From IMG/VR virus record IMGVR_UViG_3300047157_000073, positions 59,704 through 123,703 of that record: a DNA stretch of 64,000 nucleotides; one strand, 5' to 3'. The translations under genes were made by a program, and so were the position numbers. Below, piece by piece: positions 63,382 to 64,000 of this stretch. Source of the DNA: a virus. Position 1 is the stretch's first letter, and every line of letters begins with the position of its first letter. The notes below the pieces were generated by a model, which saw only the letters and a list, made by a program, of their open reading frames with translations, ran no database searches and had not been told where the DNA came from.

Positions 63382-63660
63382 ATGAAAAAGAGAGAGAAAA
63401 TGACAAAGTATATTGAAGATATTAACAACATAGGTTTTAACGAACTGAAAGTAAACATGAACTACGAAACAGGAACTAGAGGAGAGAATGCTTGTAGGAT
63501 AGTGAGTAAAGGTTCAGAACTAGACCAGATGTATGCTAGGACATATCATGAATACTTAAAGAAAACGAGAGAAGAAAGAATCAGAAAAGAGAAAGAGATA
63601 GACTATACTTTAGGATTCACAGAACAAGAACAGATTGATATAGAGAGAAAATTTGGATGA
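63382..63660 (+). CDS. Hypothetical early protein (likely start 63400)
   Basis: ORF behind TTGACA-17-TATACT; AGAGAGAG precedes the second ATG. Confidence 0.55.
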   Translation: MKKREKMTKYIEDINNIGFNELKVNMNYETGTRGENACRIVSKGSELDQMYARTYHEYLKKTREERIRKEKEIDYTLGFTEQEQIDIERKFG

Positions 63661-64000
63661 ATACAAAAGTAATAACAATGAATGAGGTAACAGAGATGAT
63701 TGAGATACAAATATTCGGTTCGCTATTCCTAATAGCAATAACAATTAAACTACTTGGTGAGGCATACCTATAATGAAGTACATATTATCAGTGATATAAA
63801 AAGAGGATTTAAGATTAAGACAATTATGAAGAGGCATGACATATCAGCTACACTAGTGATAGCTTGTATGAGAATCGTACAGAACTAATTTCTCTCTAGG
63901 ATGGCTCTACATGGATACATGATTCAGAGCCATCGCTCAGAGGACAACGGCCACCCCCTGCTATGTAGCGCTGAGTGACCCAATCTATAAATGTAATAAG

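Overview
AT-rich 64 kb segment of a large T4-like myovirus, probably marine. It carries core replication genes (gp43, uvsX, gp41, gp61, nrdA/B, rnh, gp59, gp32), gp33, baseplate/tail genes, lysis genes, T4 late promoters (TATAAATA), a family of sigma70-like promoters and one tRNA-Thr(UGU). Many essential genes are broken by single-base indels, most likely long-read error, so fragments were joined by homology. Main signals: (1) a late operon csgF-csgG-curlin-FecR-curlin-CHASE2/adenylate cyclase that reads as a phage-encoded trans-envelope signalling chain; (2) two tandem C5-cytosine methyltransferases with an Asn-to-Arg change in motif X beside a CmoA carboxy-SAM synthase, suggesting DNA carboxymethylation; (3) four 19-bp Fur-box palindromes, each beside a sigma70 promoter, one overlapping the start of an antisense GC-rich non-coding transcript; (4) a T-TTT-TTA slippery site plus hairpin predicting a programmed -1 frameshift joining gp26 and gp51; (5) several structured intergenic RNA candidates; (6) an island of probable capsid-targeted cargo proteins; (7) sulfur/iron auxiliary genes (TusA, TusE, ErpA, rubrerythrin, DUF3445) and bS21; (8) apparent near-absence of GATC. 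All family assignments come from motif recognition by eye, with no database search.
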